Positions 21,220 through 31,611 of a stretch of 64,000 nt of DNA are shown here, piece after piece; within the stretch, counting starts at the first letter, position 1; each line of letters begins with the position of its first letter. Location: contig JAZKIP010000001.1 of the NCBI GenBank assembly GCA_040384805.1, positions 133,864 to 197,863 of the forward strand, in the 5' to 3' direction. Origin of the DNA: Patescibacteria group bacterium (GTDB taxonomy: Bacteria; Patescibacteriota; Minisyncoccia; Phycocordibacterales; UBA9973). The translations under genes and the position numbers were made by a program. Under the pieces are notes generated by a model, which did no database searches, was not told where the DNA came from, and worked only from the letters and a program-made list of their open reading frames with translations.

Positions 21220-21606
21220 TTACTCATTTTTTGATGTAAAGGGATTGCGCTTGGAAATGCCTTTCATCATTTTCTTGACGCTTACCGCTCCTCGCTTAAA
21301 AAGCGTTTTCTTGCGGTCCTTTCTGCTTGTAACCAAGCGAACAATTTCCTCCTTTGCAGCATCGATAGCGCCATACAGATCGTCTGTTTCCGATATTGCA
21401 AAAAACTGCTCTCCGTTGAGGCTCAGGTCGAATTCTGCCTTGAAAACATCTCCCTGCTTATGGTGGTTTGTCGTCTTGCCTATTTCCACCTGACCGGTAA
21501 GTTCTCCTTTCTTGATGAATTTCCCGATCGAAGATAAGCGGTTATTGATATGATCGCTGATATGATCGGTTAACTCTATATTCGTCGCTTTGATATTAAT
21601 GTTCAT
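21220..21606 (-). CDS. raiA: Ribosome hibernation factor / RaiA family
   Basis: NIKATNIELT...DLYGAID. Confidence 0.88.
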   Translation of the reverse strand: MNINIKATNIELTDHISDHINNRLSSIGKFIKKGELTGQVEIGKTTNHHKQGDVFKAEFDLSLNGEQFFAISETDDLYGAIDAAKEEIVRLVTSRKDRKKTLFKRGAVSVKKMMKGISKRNPFTSKNE

Positions 21607-21740
21607 ATATAAAAATAGATGTATTAAAAATAATTTTTTCCCTCTAAAAGTACTGATATATTCAGTATATCAAATATTCATTATTAATGAAAAAATCCTT
21701 CCGCTTGCATGGAAGGATTTTTAATGGCTCACATTGATCA

Positions 21741-22376
21741 TTAAAGATCAAAATTAACTTTGGCCGTAAGAATGACAGCTGGCGCCAAGGTCGGCAAGAT
21801 TTTAAATCCCTCCTTGTGAGTATTCCTGACAGGAAGACAAATCCCGACACTGCATGCTTTCTTATTCTCTCGTGCTAAAAAGTAATGCTCGTAACTCGGA
21901 CCAATTCCCCATTCTTTTGTCCAGAGCAGACCAAAAGCATTTTTTTCCGAGAATTCGCAGTGTATGCTCAGCCGATACCATTTATCGAACAGTTCTCCCT
22001 GCAATCGGGTGGAAAATTTTCCCGTTTTCAGAAAAACATTTCCACCAAGCCGATAATAGGCAGTATCCCGGCCTGTTTCCGATTTACCTATTTCGAATCC
22101 TGTTAGAATGCCGCATCTCATTATCCGTGTATGGTATCCCAATCCGCCCATGAATTGGTATTGGTTGTCACAAACTACCGTTTGATAGACAAGCATGATC
22201 TTTCCGCTGTCGCTTAATTGGATTTCCCCTGAAAGGATAGCCTCCCACGAGTTCTCTCCATTGCGCGCGAACGAAACTTCCCATTCGTTTCGAACTTTAG
22301 TTGTATCATCTTGAGCCTGAAGATCAAAAAGTGAGATCAATAATACAAAGCCGCCAAGTGCTATTCCTTTTTTCAT
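21741..22376 (-). CDS. Secreted hypothetical protein with beta-barrel-like alternating pattern
   Basis: Signal peptide ending LQA-QD, aromatic/Gly-rich beta strands, C-terminal VNFDL. Confidence 0.55.
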   Translation of the reverse strand: MKKGIALGGFVLLISLFDLQAQDDTTKVRNEWEVSFARNGENSWEAILSGEIQLSDSGKIMLVYQTVVCDNQYQFMGGLGYHTRIMRCGILTGFEIGKSETGRDTAYYRLGGNVFLKTGKFSTRLQGELFDKWYRLSIHCEFSEKNAFGLLWTKEWGIGPSYEHYFLARENKKACSVGICLPVRNTHKEGFKILPTLAPAVILTAKVNFDL

Positions 22377-22512
22377 GTACAGTTATTTTTTAGTTATAGA
22401 TTGATTATCACTATACCCCATGGCGGTACACTGACAATCAATCTAAAATATACCTAAACTTTTTTTAAATATTAGCATGTATATATTCAAAAGTCAATAG
22501 AATATAAGGGTT

Positions 22513-24039
22513 TTATTCCAATTCCGTGGTTGCTGGCGGCTTGGGAGTCTCATCGAAAAATATGCGGTTAAATCCATGCTTGGTAACTTCTGAAATTATC
22601 TTTCGGCGCACCTCAGAGGGTATCTCAACGCCTTTGACTGTCATAAAATCAGTCGAGGAAATTGCCCGCACAACGATCGGATATTCATATGAACGGCTGT
22701 CGCCCTGAACGCCGACAGTTTTTGCACCAAGGAGAGCAACGACAACCTGCGATATGTCCTTGTAAAAATCCTCTTTTTTCAAAATTTCGGTAACGATATG
22801 ATCAGCCGTACGGACTTTTTCAATAAGTTCGGGAGTAACAGCGACGCCCACGATACGGATGAAAAGTCCGGGGCCGGGAAAAGGTTTACGTTCGCTCACC
22901 GCTTCTTCAAGACCGATCATTCGAGCAATTTCCCGCACTTCGTGCTTAAAAAGACCTGCAAACGGGGCAAGCTCCTCGACATCAAAGCCGAGACCGACAT
23001 TGTGATGGGATTTGATCATCGATGCTCCTCCGAGAGATCCTGACTCGATGAGATCGGTTGCAAGAGTTCCCTGCAAGATGTGCGTGATGTTATTTTCTTT
23101 TATAACAGTATTGAAAATAGGTTTATAAACATCTTTAAATCTTTTGCGCTTTTCTTCAGCATCCGTTATTCCGGAGAGGACACTAAAAAAATCTTTCTTT
23201 GCATCAATAATATGAAGATCGATTCCCGCAGTGCGGCACATGGCTCTCACATCCTCGACTTCATTGTGTCTCATGCCGCCTGTATCGATGAAGAAAGGGT
23301 AGAGCTTATCGTGAAGGACGGGCGACAAAAGCGCGGCTAGGGTCGTTGAATCGACTCCGCCGGAGACACCGATCGCTGCTTTGCCATTCCCTACTTTCTT
23401 GAGCACCGCATCTTGTATTTCCTTGATGCGATCAAGAGGCTCCCAGTTCTTATGGCATCCGCATATATCGTCGGCAAAATTCTTTAAAATGAGATTATTG
23501 TCTTCTGTTTCAAGCACTTCCGGATGGAATTGAACGCCATAAAGATGCTTGGTCCCATTTTCAATTCCTTCAATGACATCATTCGAGCGCGCGATAATAC
23601 GAAAACCTTCGGGCGCATCGCAAACGACATCCCCATGGCTTGCCCATACTTTCAGTTTCTTTCCTAACCCTTTAAAAAGAGCACTTTCTTCGAGCATGAT
23701 TTCAAGCGGACCGTATTCCTTGCCTGATTTGGCGCTTCCAACAACTAAAGTCTTATCTTCACGATATGCCATATACTGCATGCCAAAGCAGATGCCTAAT
23801 ATTGGACATGAGAGCGAAAATATTTCCGAAGGAATAAGAGGTGCATTTTCATCGTAGACGCTTGCCGCGCCGCCCGAGAGAATGATCCCCCGCGGTTTTG
23901 TATTTGAGAGATAAGAGACAACCTGATCCGGACGAAGAATCACAGACGTAAATCCGAGACTCAAAAGCTCCCGGCCGATCACATGAGTATACTGAGAACC
24001 GAGATCAATGATTACTAATTGCGGCTTTATATCGGTCAT
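22513..24039 (-). CDS. guaA: GMP synthase (glutamine-hydrolysing)
   Basis: GICFGMQ, QFHPE, SGGVDS, IKSHHNV, PFPGPGL. Confidence 0.97.
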   Translation of the reverse strand: MTDIKPQLVIIDLGSQYTHVIGRELLSLGFTSVILRPDQVVSYLSNTKPRGIILSGGAASVYDENAPLIPSEIFSLSCPILGICFGMQYMAYREDKTLVVGSAKSGKEYGPLEIMLEESALFKGLGKKLKVWASHGDVVCDAPEGFRIIARSNDVIEGIENGTKHLYGVQFHPEVLETEDNNLILKNFADDICGCHKNWEPLDRIKEIQDAVLKKVGNGKAAIGVSGGVDSTTLAALLSPVLHDKLYPFFIDTGGMRHNEVEDVRAMCRTAGIDLHIIDAKKDFFSVLSGITDAEEKRKRFKDVYKPIFNTVIKENNITHILQGTLATDLIESGSLGGASMIKSHHNVGLGFDVEELAPFAGLFKHEVREIARMIGLEEAVSERKPFPGPGLFIRIVGVAVTPELIEKVRTADHIVTEILKKEDFYKDISQVVVALLGAKTVGVQGDSRSYEYPIVVRAISSTDFMTVKGVEIPSEVRRKIISEVTKHGFNRIFFDETPKPPATTELE

Positions 24040-24040
24040 A

Positions 24041-25432
24041 TTATTTCTTGACCTCGATCATCTCATCGCGGCCGGGGCCGGTTGATATGAATGAAATCGG
24101 AACTCCGACGGAGGTTTCGATAAATGAGAGATACTCTTTCGCTTTCTCTGGTAACTGCTCGTACGAAGTTACTCCTCGGGTATTTAATTTCCATCCGGGC
24201 AGTGTTTTGTAAATTGGCTTTGCAGTATACAGTCTTGCCATATCAACATACTCTCTGCCTCCATATCCTACACAGACAAGTATTTCATCAAGAGTATCAA
24301 GCACATCGAGCTTCGTAATGCCGAGGCTTGTGACGCCATTGAGGCTTATTGCGTATTTAAGAAGTGGCAGATCAAGCCATCCGCACCTCCTCAAGCGGCC
24401 CGTCGTTGCGCCGTACTCCTTGCCGAGAGTACGAAGAGCAATACCCTGACGCAATGGATCAGTATCATTGATATCGTATCCGAGATTTTCCTCATCCTTC
24501 CGGGTATGCGTTGCCGACCATAGAGAGGCCTCTTCTCCGCCGATCTCCGTCGGGAAAGGTCCTGATCCGACTCGAGTCGCATATGCTTTGCAAATACCGA
24601 GAACCTCGCCGATAGAATGCGGAGCAATACCGAGACCGACACACACACCGCCCGATGTCGTATGAGACGATGTGACATCGCGGCGCGTACCGAACCGCAC
24701 ATCAAGAAGAGTTCCTTGCGCTCCTTCGGCAATTATTTGCTTGCCGTTTGCGATTGATTCCTGCATAAAGGCATGAGACGACACAGTACGAAGAGTTCGT
24801 AGGAACGCAATTCCAGCAAAGAATTTCTCCTCTTCGAGCGCTAATTCATTTTCATATATGGAAATACCGTATCGTCCCGAAAGAGTTTTCATATGAGAAG
24901 CCTTGATCTCTTCGTATCGCTTTTTAAAAACGTCTTCGTCGAGTGCCTCATACACTGACAAGTCGTCAGTGCGTCCATAAAAGTCGCTGTATGTCGGACC
25001 GATCGCCTTCCCTGTGGTCCCGATTTTTGAGGCTCCACGATCAGCTTCCTGAGCGGCGTCGAGGATCTTGGCGGTCGGAACGACCACAGTCGCCTCCGAT
25101 GCTATAAAAAGATTTTCTCTCCACCACGGAGCAATGTCCTTGATTTCAGCAATTTCTTTTTGCAATGAGACAACATCGACGACGACTCCTGCGCCTATAA
25201 AGTTAAGAGTATTCTTTTCAAGCATTCCTGACGGAAGCGCATGGAATACGACATGCCGGTCGCCGAATTGGATCGAGTGGCCCGCATTTGATCCTCCCTG
25301 GAATCGCGCAACAACAAGAGATTCTTTCTTGCTTAAGAATAAGACAAGGAAGTCGATAAACTTTCCCTTGCCTTCGTCGCCCCACTGGAGCCCAAGAATA
25401 ACCTCCACTTTTTTCTTTTGCTTATCGTTCAT
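24041..25432 (-). CDS. purA: Adenylosuccinate synthetase
   Basis: QWGDEGKGK, EGAQG, EYGATTGRLRRCGW. Confidence 0.97.
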   Translation of the reverse strand: MNDKQKKKVEVILGLQWGDEGKGKFIDFLVLFLSKKESLVVARFQGGSNAGHSIQFGDRHVVFHALPSGMLEKNTLNFIGAGVVVDVVSLQKEIAEIKDIAPWWRENLFIASEATVVVPTAKILDAAQEADRGASKIGTTGKAIGPTYSDFYGRTDDLSVYEALDEDVFKKRYEEIKASHMKTLSGRYGISIYENELALEEEKFFAGIAFLRTLRTVSSHAFMQESIANGKQIIAEGAQGTLLDVRFGTRRDVTSSHTTSGGVCVGLGIAPHSIGEVLGICKAYATRVGSGPFPTEIGGEEASLWSATHTRKDEENLGYDINDTDPLRQGIALRTLGKEYGATTGRLRRCGWLDLPLLKYAISLNGVTSLGITKLDVLDTLDEILVCVGYGGREYVDMARLYTAKPIYKTLPGWKLNTRGVTSYEQLPEKAKEYLSFIETSVGVPISFISTGPGRDEMIEVKK

Positions 25433-25441
25433 GAGAGTGTA

Positions 25442-26920
25442 TCATTTGGAATAATTCGGAGCTTCTTTGGTAATAGTGATATTGTGTGGGTGGCTTTCTG
25501 CAATGCCGCTTGATGTGATCTTCGTGAAAGAAGCATCCCACATATCTCGGATCGTTTTGGCTCCAATATACCCCATACCAGAGCGCAAGCCTCCCACATA
25601 TTGATACGCGATCTCGGCAACGGTTCCTTTAAAAGGAACTATCCCGACAATCCCTTCAGGAACGAGCTTGGAGGCTTCTCGCTCTCCATCCTGAAAATAC
25701 CTGTCTTTCGATCCGTCTTTCATCGCTTCAACCGATCCCATACCGCGATAGCTTTTATATTTGCGCCCCTCGAGAAGCACTACTTCTCCGGGAGACTCTT
25801 CTGTTCCCGCGAAAAGCGATCCCATCATAACGATGGACGCGCCTGCTACAAGCGCTTTGACCATATCGCCGCTATAGCGGATGCCGCCGTCGGCGATGAC
25901 GGGAATATCATATCGGGCTTTTACGAGAGCGTCATGGGCTTGCATGATCGCATGGACTTGCGGTACGCCGATGCCTGCGATAACGCGGGTGGTGCAGATC
26001 GATCCCGGACCGACACCGACTTTGATCGCATCAGCGCCAGCTTTTGCAAGTGCTACTGCTGCCTCACCGGTCGCGATATTGCCGACAATAAGCTGTGCAC
26101 CCGGATGCGCTTTCTTTATTTTTTTCGTCGCATTGATGATCCCCTTGGAGTGTCCATGCGCGCTATCGAGAACAAGAACGTCTGCTCCGGCTTCAAGTAG
26201 CGCCTTGGCGCGATCAAGAACATCGGCGCCTGCACCAAGCGCAGCGCCGACCCGCAAGCGTCCCCTGTCATCCTTGCATGCATGAGGATTTGCCTCCTCT
26301 TTTTGTATGTCTTTGTATGTAATCAATCCGACGAGGATTCCTTTTTTATCGACGATGGGAAGCTTTTTAATCTTATTCTGAAGAAGAATCTTCTTGGCTT
26401 CAGAGAGGGTACATGATGTCGGCGCAGTGATAAGCGTGCGCGTCATGACGTTCGTTACTTTCTTCGAGAGATCCGTTTCGGAGCGCATATCGCGACTGGT
26501 GAGAATTCCAATGAGTGCACCCTTGAAGCCGATGATCGGCATCCCGCTTATACCCTTTTCTTTCATAAGCTCCGTTGCCTCTTGGAGGGTCGCGTTTTCG
26601 GACAGAGTATATGGATCCTGGATAATGCTGTTTTCGGAACGTTTGACCTGTTTGACTTGGCTTACCTGCTCTGCAAGAGACATATTCTTGTGAATGATAC
26701 CGATGCCACCCGCCTGAGCGATCGCGATCGCAAGACGCGATTCGGTGACCGTGTCCATTGCTGCAGAAACAATGGGGATATTGAGGAGAATTTTTTTGGT
26801 CAAGCGCGTTGTGACATTCACATCGCGCGGAAGAATTTCCGAATATCGCGGGACAACAAGGACGTCGTCGAACGTCAATGATTCCTGTATCGGGGCCCGT
26901 GGTGAGACCTTTTTTGCCAT
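25442..26920 (-). CDS. guaB: IMP dehydrogenase with CBS pair
   Basis: [22 protein letters not shown]. Confidence 0.98.
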   Translation of the reverse strand: MAKKVSPRAPIQESLTFDDVLVVPRYSEILPRDVNVTTRLTKKILLNIPIVSAAMDTVTESRLAIAIAQAGGIGIIHKNMSLAEQVSQVKQVKRSENSIIQDPYTLSENATLQEATELMKEKGISGMPIIGFKGALIGILTSRDMRSETDLSKKVTNVMTRTLITAPTSCTLSEAKKILLQNKIKKLPIVDKKGILVGLITYKDIQKEEANPHACKDDRGRLRVGAALGAGADVLDRAKALLEAGADVLVLDSAHGHSKGIINATKKIKKAHPGAQLIVGNIATGEAAVALAKAGADAIKVGVGPGSICTTRVIAGIGVPQVHAIMQAHDALVKARYDIPVIADGGIRYSGDMVKALVAGASIVMMGSLFAGTEESPGEVVLLEGRKYKSYRGMGSVEAMKDGSKDRYFQDGEREASKLVPEGIVGIVPFKGTVAEIAYQYVGGLRSGMGYIGAKTIRDMWDASFTKITSSGIAESHPHNITITKEAPNYSK

Positions 26921-27036
26921 ACACGGAGTATATCATGACGATGTCGAGAAAAGAAAGTGTAGTATTGACTTATGGCTTTATAAGTTTTATTGTATGTAAA
27001 ACCATATCTCAAAACTAAAATCAAAGGAGGATAACC

Positions 27037-27459
27037 ATGAGTATCATAATTCTCAAAATCGCCTTATACATCGTCATAGCGGTGTTTATATGGCTGCAAG
27101 TTGCAACCATTCGCCTCGGACGGAAGTTCTCACAATCGAAGTATACACCCGACAGCACGAAAACGTATTATGCCCACAAGAAGGCTGGAAAAAGACTATT
27201 CTGGCTTATTCTTATAATCCTTTTTGGACTTGAGGCTTTTGTCAGATTAAAGGGTGGAGCTTCGGTCATCGACAGACTGCTGGTTATTCACATAGGACTA
27301 AGCTTTGTATATCTGGTACTTCTGGGATTGCTCAATTGGCCTCTCTCTGGTAAGGGAAATCAAAAAAGGAAAAAGAGGCACAAGATCGTGGCGTATATAT
27401 CTCTCATTTTCTTTTTAGGAATGATTGCTACGGCGATTCCTATTATATATAGATTGTGA
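27037..27459 (+). CDS. Four-TM membrane protein
   Basis: Four hydrophobic helices with His residues; AAGGAGG upstream. Confidence 0.7.
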   Translation: MSIIILKIALYIVIAVFIWLQVATIRLGRKFSQSKYTPDSTKTYYAHKKAGKRLFWLILIILFGLEAFVRLKGGASVIDRLLVIHIGLSFVYLVLLGLLNWPLSGKGNQKRKKRHKIVAYISLIFFLGMIATAIPIIYRL

Positions 27460-27508
27460 AATTTCTAATCAGGAGAAGTAGTGACCAGAGTGAAAGCTCT
27501 GGTCATTT

Positions 27509-29251
27509 TTATTCAATAAAACCGCCGCTTTGATGATTCCATAAATTAGCATAGACGCCGCCTTTTTCAATAAGCTCCTTGTGCGTTCCCATTTCGGCGA
27601 TAGCTCCCTCCTCAAGGACAATGATGCGGTCCATTTTCTGAATAGTGGAGAGACGGTGAGCGATGACGAGGGTGGTCTTCCCTTTCATGAGCTCGGTAAA
27701 CGCTTGTTGAATATATCCTTCGCTTATGCTGTCGAGCGAGCTTGTCGCTTCATCGAGAATCAGGATCGGGGCGTTCTTTATCATCGCCCGGGCAATAGCC
27801 ACCCTTTGGCGTTCGCCGCCCGAGAGCTTTACTCCCCGCTCGCCGACAAGAGTATCGTATCCGTGCGGCAATTTTGAAATAAATTCATGCGCATGGGCTT
27901 TCTGAGCAACAACTTCGATCTCTTCCGATGACGCCTCCTGCCTGCCATACGCAATGTTGTCCTTGATCGAACGATGAAAAAGTATCGACTCCTGAGGAAC
28001 ATAGGCAATTGCCGAACGCAGATCATTTTGAGCAATCGTCCGTATATCCTGTCCATCGATCGCGATAGTGCCGTCCGACACATCCGCAAACCGCAGGAGT
28101 AGTTTCGTAATCGTCGACTTGCCCGCACCCGAGTGTCCCACAAGGCCGATTCGTTCGCCGGCTGTAACTTCAAGATTCAAATTCTCAAACACTCTAATGC
28201 CCCCTGCATACTCAAACGAAACATTTTCAAATGAAATAGCTCCCTGTGTGATACGGACTGGCTCGGGATTCTCCGGATCTGCGATGTCGATCGTCTGGTC
28301 GAAAATATCGACAATCTCCTTCATATCGGTCAATGCCTTAACCGCCTTAGTTAAGGACTTGCCCAGATTCCATAGAATATCGAAAAGGTTGAAAAGATAG
28401 ATCTGAAGCAAAACGATGATTCCGAGCGTTATCTGTCCCTGATACCATAAATAAACGCTTACTACGAGAGTCCCGATCCGCAAGATGGCCATCAATAAAG
28501 CCTGTATAGAATTTTGCAGATTTCCGAAGTACCAGGCTTTTCGGCGCTTTTGTTCTTCATTTTCCGTTATTACTTCATATTTTTCTTTTTCATTTTTATC
28601 ACCCCCGAAGATCTTGATGTTAAGTACGTTGAGAATCGCATCGGCAAGGTGGCCCGTTACGCGTGAATCCGCTTCCGCTTCCTCGACGTCATATAATATT
28701 TTTCGTCGTATGAAAAGAAAGCTGATTCCTATATACACGACAGACCATATGACGAATATCTGTGCAAGCAATGGAGCTTTCAGGAAAAGAACGATGCTGA
28801 TTCCGATAATGGTCGTGACTGAGAAAAAGATCTGATACGTAACGACATCCGCAAGAGTTTCAAATGACTTGGTGAACCGCTTCGCCTTTGCTACGAGGCT
28901 ACCTGAAAAATTGTTTGAGAAAAAATGATATGAATGCTTCAAGAGACGCTCGAAGGTCGCATCGTTGAGTTCTTTCATCACCTTGCTCTGGACATATGAA
29001 TTCATATAGTCTCCCGTTCGATATCCGACGTTATACAGTAGGACGCCCCCGGCTACGAGAAGCACCAGATGGAGAGCATGGCTCAAGATGGCATCTGGAG
29101 CCGCACCCGATGATAAAACATCAATAATTTCCTTATAAAGATACGGATTAATAACGAGAAGATAACCTAAAAATATAACCGAAGAAGCAAGCCAGTACTT
29201 TTTCAAATGAGGTTTTATATAAAAGAAAATTCGAGAGAAATTCGTTTTCAC
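27509..29251 (-). CDS. ABC exporter, fused TMD and ATPase
   Basis: GHSGAGKS, LSGGERQR, ILDEATS. Confidence 0.95.
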   Translation of the reverse strand: MKTNFSRIFFYIKPHLKKYWLASSVIFLGYLLVINPYLYKEIIDVLSSGAAPDAILSHALHLVLLVAGGVLLYNVGYRTGDYMNSYVQSKVMKELNDATFERLLKHSYHFFSNNFSGSLVAKAKRFTKSFETLADVVTYQIFFSVTTIIGISIVLFLKAPLLAQIFVIWSVVYIGISFLFIRRKILYDVEEAEADSRVTGHLADAILNVLNIKIFGGDKNEKEKYEVITENEEQKRRKAWYFGNLQNSIQALLMAILRIGTLVVSVYLWYQGQITLGIIVLLQIYLFNLFDILWNLGKSLTKAVKALTDMKEIVDIFDQTIDIADPENPEPVRITQGAISFENVSFEYAGGIRVFENLNLEVTAGERIGLVGHSGAGKSTITKLLLRFADVSDGTIAIDGQDIRTIAQNDLRSAIAYVPQESILFHRSIKDNIAYGRQEASSEEIEVVAQKAHAHEFISKLPHGYDTLVGERGVKLSGGERQRVAIARAMIKNAPILILDEATSSLDSISEGYIQQAFTELMKGKTTLVIAHRLSTIQKMDRIIVLEEGAIAEMGTHKELIEKGGVYANLWNHQSGGFIE

Positions 29252-29277
29252 TTTAAAAGTATAGCAAAAAATTATAA

Positions 29278-29715
29278 TTAATATTCTCCGACAATCAATC
29301 CCCCTGCTTCGTTTCTTCCTAGCCGTTTTTTGTCTTTGATATAAAACAGTGTGTCGTATGGTCGCCTTTTACAACACAAATAGTGCTCATCGGCTGCGTT
29401 GCGGTGTGCCTCTTGTTCAAGCGCAGTGAAATAGTATGCCTGTCTTCTGTCGAGCTTTTTAATGAGCCGTGCATAAGCATATTCAAGAATAAACAACACC
29501 CATGCTCCGATAATGAATAATTCCAGTTGTTGCTGAATATGAATAGTCTCATGACGTATCAATTCTCTATGATTTCGCGTATCCGCACGGACAAAAAGAA
29601 AAGGATAGAATGTAATCCCCATAGCATTCGATCCGAGAGAGATAAGTCTCCCGAGCCTCCGGACGACCATGTCAGATGTCACGATCCAGTAATACCCCTT
29701 GAACTCGAATTTCAT
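29278..29715 (-). CDS. Hypothetical HExxH protein
   Basis: ITFYPFLF...IRHETIHIQQQ; start reassigned to MKFEF. Confidence 0.7.
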   Translation of the reverse strand: MKFEFKGYYWIVTSDMVVRRLGRLISLGSNAMGITFYPFLFVRADTRNHRELIRHETIHIQQQLELFIIGAWVLFILEYAYARLIKKLDRRQAYYFTALEQEAHRNAADEHYLCCKRRPYDTLFYIKDKKRLGRNEAGGLIVGEY

Positions 29716-29773
29716 AGCTTGATTATACCAGACAAGCTTTGCTTTTCTGTCGATTCTTTGATAGTATAAATCC

Positions 29774-29865
29774 ATTCCGGAGTAGTTGAAATGCGAAGAT
29801 ATGCAGCATATAACTACTCTTGATGTCGTATTCCGGAGTAGTTGAAATGCGAAGATATGCAGCAT
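29774..29865 (+). repeat. 36-bp direct repeat (x2) beginning with the tRNA-Asn 5' end
   Basis: ATTCCGGAGTAGTTGAAATGCGAAGATATGCAGCAT at 29774 and 29830. Confidence 0.85.
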
Positions 29866-29967
29866 TTCAAGGGCGGAGGCGCAATGGCGCCGAGACGGGG
29901 TCGCGAGATTTTTCAGCAGAAAAATACTTGTGACCAGCGGTCCCGCTGACTACTCCATCTAAAATAT

Positions 29968-30039
29968 TCCGGAGTAGCTCAGCGGTAGAGCAATCGACTG
30001 TTAATCGATTGGTCGCAGGTTCGATCCCTGCCTCCGGAG
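29968..30039 (+). tRNA. tRNA-Asn(GTT)
   Basis: TCCGGAGTAGCTCAGCGGTAGAGC-A-ATCGA-CT-GTT-AA-TCGAT...GGTTCGATCCC. Confidence 0.96.
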
Positions 30040-30046
30040 CATAAAA

Positions 30047-30781
30047 CTAATTTTTTAAACCCGTCCACTGTATCAGGCTGACTTTCCAATCAGTAAAATC
30101 ACTATTTATTTCAACTAAGTAAGACACAGGATGATTATTCCCCAAACATGTAACTGAATAGTTTTGTGCGCCATCTGATTTTGTAGATACTAAACTGACA
30201 CAATATATGCTGCCGAATGGATGCTTACCATGAAAATTTTGATCTACTTTCCGTGGATGCCATTCTCCTGATCCATTACTAAATACAAAAACGGCAAGAT
30301 TTTTATTTTTTGCATATCCAGGATGCTCGGTATCCTTTTTCACCTTTTTATTTATTGCATCAATTATGAGCTCATCTGTAGTTAATAGTGTGTTCGTATT
30401 TGGAGGATTCATTGCAATGACATGCTCAAATAAATAGCCTTTTTTGGTCTGTTTGTTCATAATTATTCCATCACCTCCTTTGATTTCCTGGAATGTAAAA
30501 ACATCTCCATGAATTTCATTCAGCACAGCACACATCAACCAGTTCACCCATGCTTCTCTTGGTCTCATATCAAAACTGTTTCCATCATCAATTCCGATTC
30601 TATCTGTTTTTTTGGGTAAATTATTTCCATCAATCAAAAATGGTCGTCCTTTCATATCGGCACTTTTTACCATTGATTCAAGCTCTTTAAGAGTAGTTTT
30701 TAAATCCCTTATTCGATAACCAATTTTGTGCACAGTCCGGTCTTCTTCGGCTGAATCATTTGGTGTAGTATGTCCTGCCAT
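30047..30781 (-). CDS. Hypothetical protein (cassette 1 after tRNA-Asn)
   Basis: 244-aa ORF between the tRNA and the first repeat. Confidence 0.75.
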   Translation of the reverse strand: MAGHTTPNDSAEEDRTVHKIGYRIRDLKTTLKELESMVKSADMKGRPFLIDGNNLPKKTDRIGIDDGNSFDMRPREAWVNWLMCAVLNEIHGDVFTFQEIKGGDGIIMNKQTKKGYLFEHVIAMNPPNTNTLLTTDELIIDAINKKVKKDTEHPGYAKNKNLAVFVFSNGSGEWHPRKVDQNFHGKHPFGSIYCVSLVSTKSDGAQNYSVTCLGNNHPVSYLVEINSDFTDWKVSLIQWTGLKN

Positions 30782-30890
30782 AAAATGATTTTACCATTTT
30801 TCATTTGTTTTGTGTCAAACTCTTTCGAATATCCTCCCACGTTTGGAGCTATTAAAATTTTAAGCCCTTAGCGGGGCTTGTAATTTTTTA

Positions 30891-30997
30891 GCTCCGGAGG
30901 AGTAAGGCAATTTCTTGCCTTACGTCAGGGATCGAAAGATTGGCAATGTTTCGGTTACAAAACTGCCAATCACGCGCAGTCAGCGCGATTCCCTGCC
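30891..30997 (+). repeat. ~107-bp structured module, copy 1 (copy 2 at 31465-31571)
   Basis: GCTCCGGAGG-AGTAAGGCAATTTCTTGCCTTACGT-CAGGGATCGAAAG...GATTCCCTGCC. Confidence 0.8.
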
Positions 30998-31120
30998 AAA
31001 ATTCTATGAATGGAAAAGGTGTACTGATCCTGTAAGGATCGATTCCTAGTCAATTACCCGTTGTAGACGAGATCTCTCCTTCTATTAGTATAAGTTCAAA
31101 CCTGTGATATAATTTTAATT

Positions 31121-31372
31121 ATGCAGGAACAACTTCCAAAGAAAAAATATACACTTGAAACTATTCCCAAAGATGTCGCAACAAGCGCTCATACATATTT
31201 AAGTGCTATTGCGTCAGGTACAGCTTCAAATGAGGAAATAAATTGGCTTATTGATAATATAGAACCTAAAGCCATTAAAGATTTATCCCGTCTAAATGAG
31301 TATCTTTCTGAATCAAAAGCTCTTGAAGAAATTATAAAACGGAAATCGCTCCCACCTAATTTTTTTGACTAA
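31121..31372 (+). CDS. Hypothetical protein
   Basis: 83-aa ORF with TGATATAAT extended -10 upstream. Confidence 0.6.
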   Translation: MQEQLPKKKYTLETIPKDVATSAHTYLSAIASGTASNEEINWLIDNIEPKAIKDLSRLNEYLSESKALEEIIKRKSLPPNFFD

Positions 31373-31464
31373 GTAATTTGACTATCCTCGATAATAGCCA
31401 TTCGAACATCACCCCACGTTCGGAGCCATATAAAAAACCGCACTTTCGTGCAGTTTTTTATATG

Positions 31465-31571
31465 GCTCCGGAGGAGTAAGGCAATTTCTTGCCTTACGTC
31501 AGGGATCGAAAGTTTGGTGATATTTCGGTTACGAAATCACCAAACACGCCCTGTAAGGGAGATTCCCTGCC
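31465..31571 (+). repeat. ~107-bp structured module, copy 2
   Basis: First 48 bp identical to 30891. Confidence 0.8.
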
Positions 31572-31611
31572 ATATGGTATATTCTAAATATATTCGATAC
31601 AATACATTTGT

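Noticed and set aside
25601-26936. Long antisense or alternate-frame ORFs over guaB (similarly over gyrA, dnaE, secA, pepN)
   Set aside because: Shadow ORFs of well-conserved genes with no motifs of their own.
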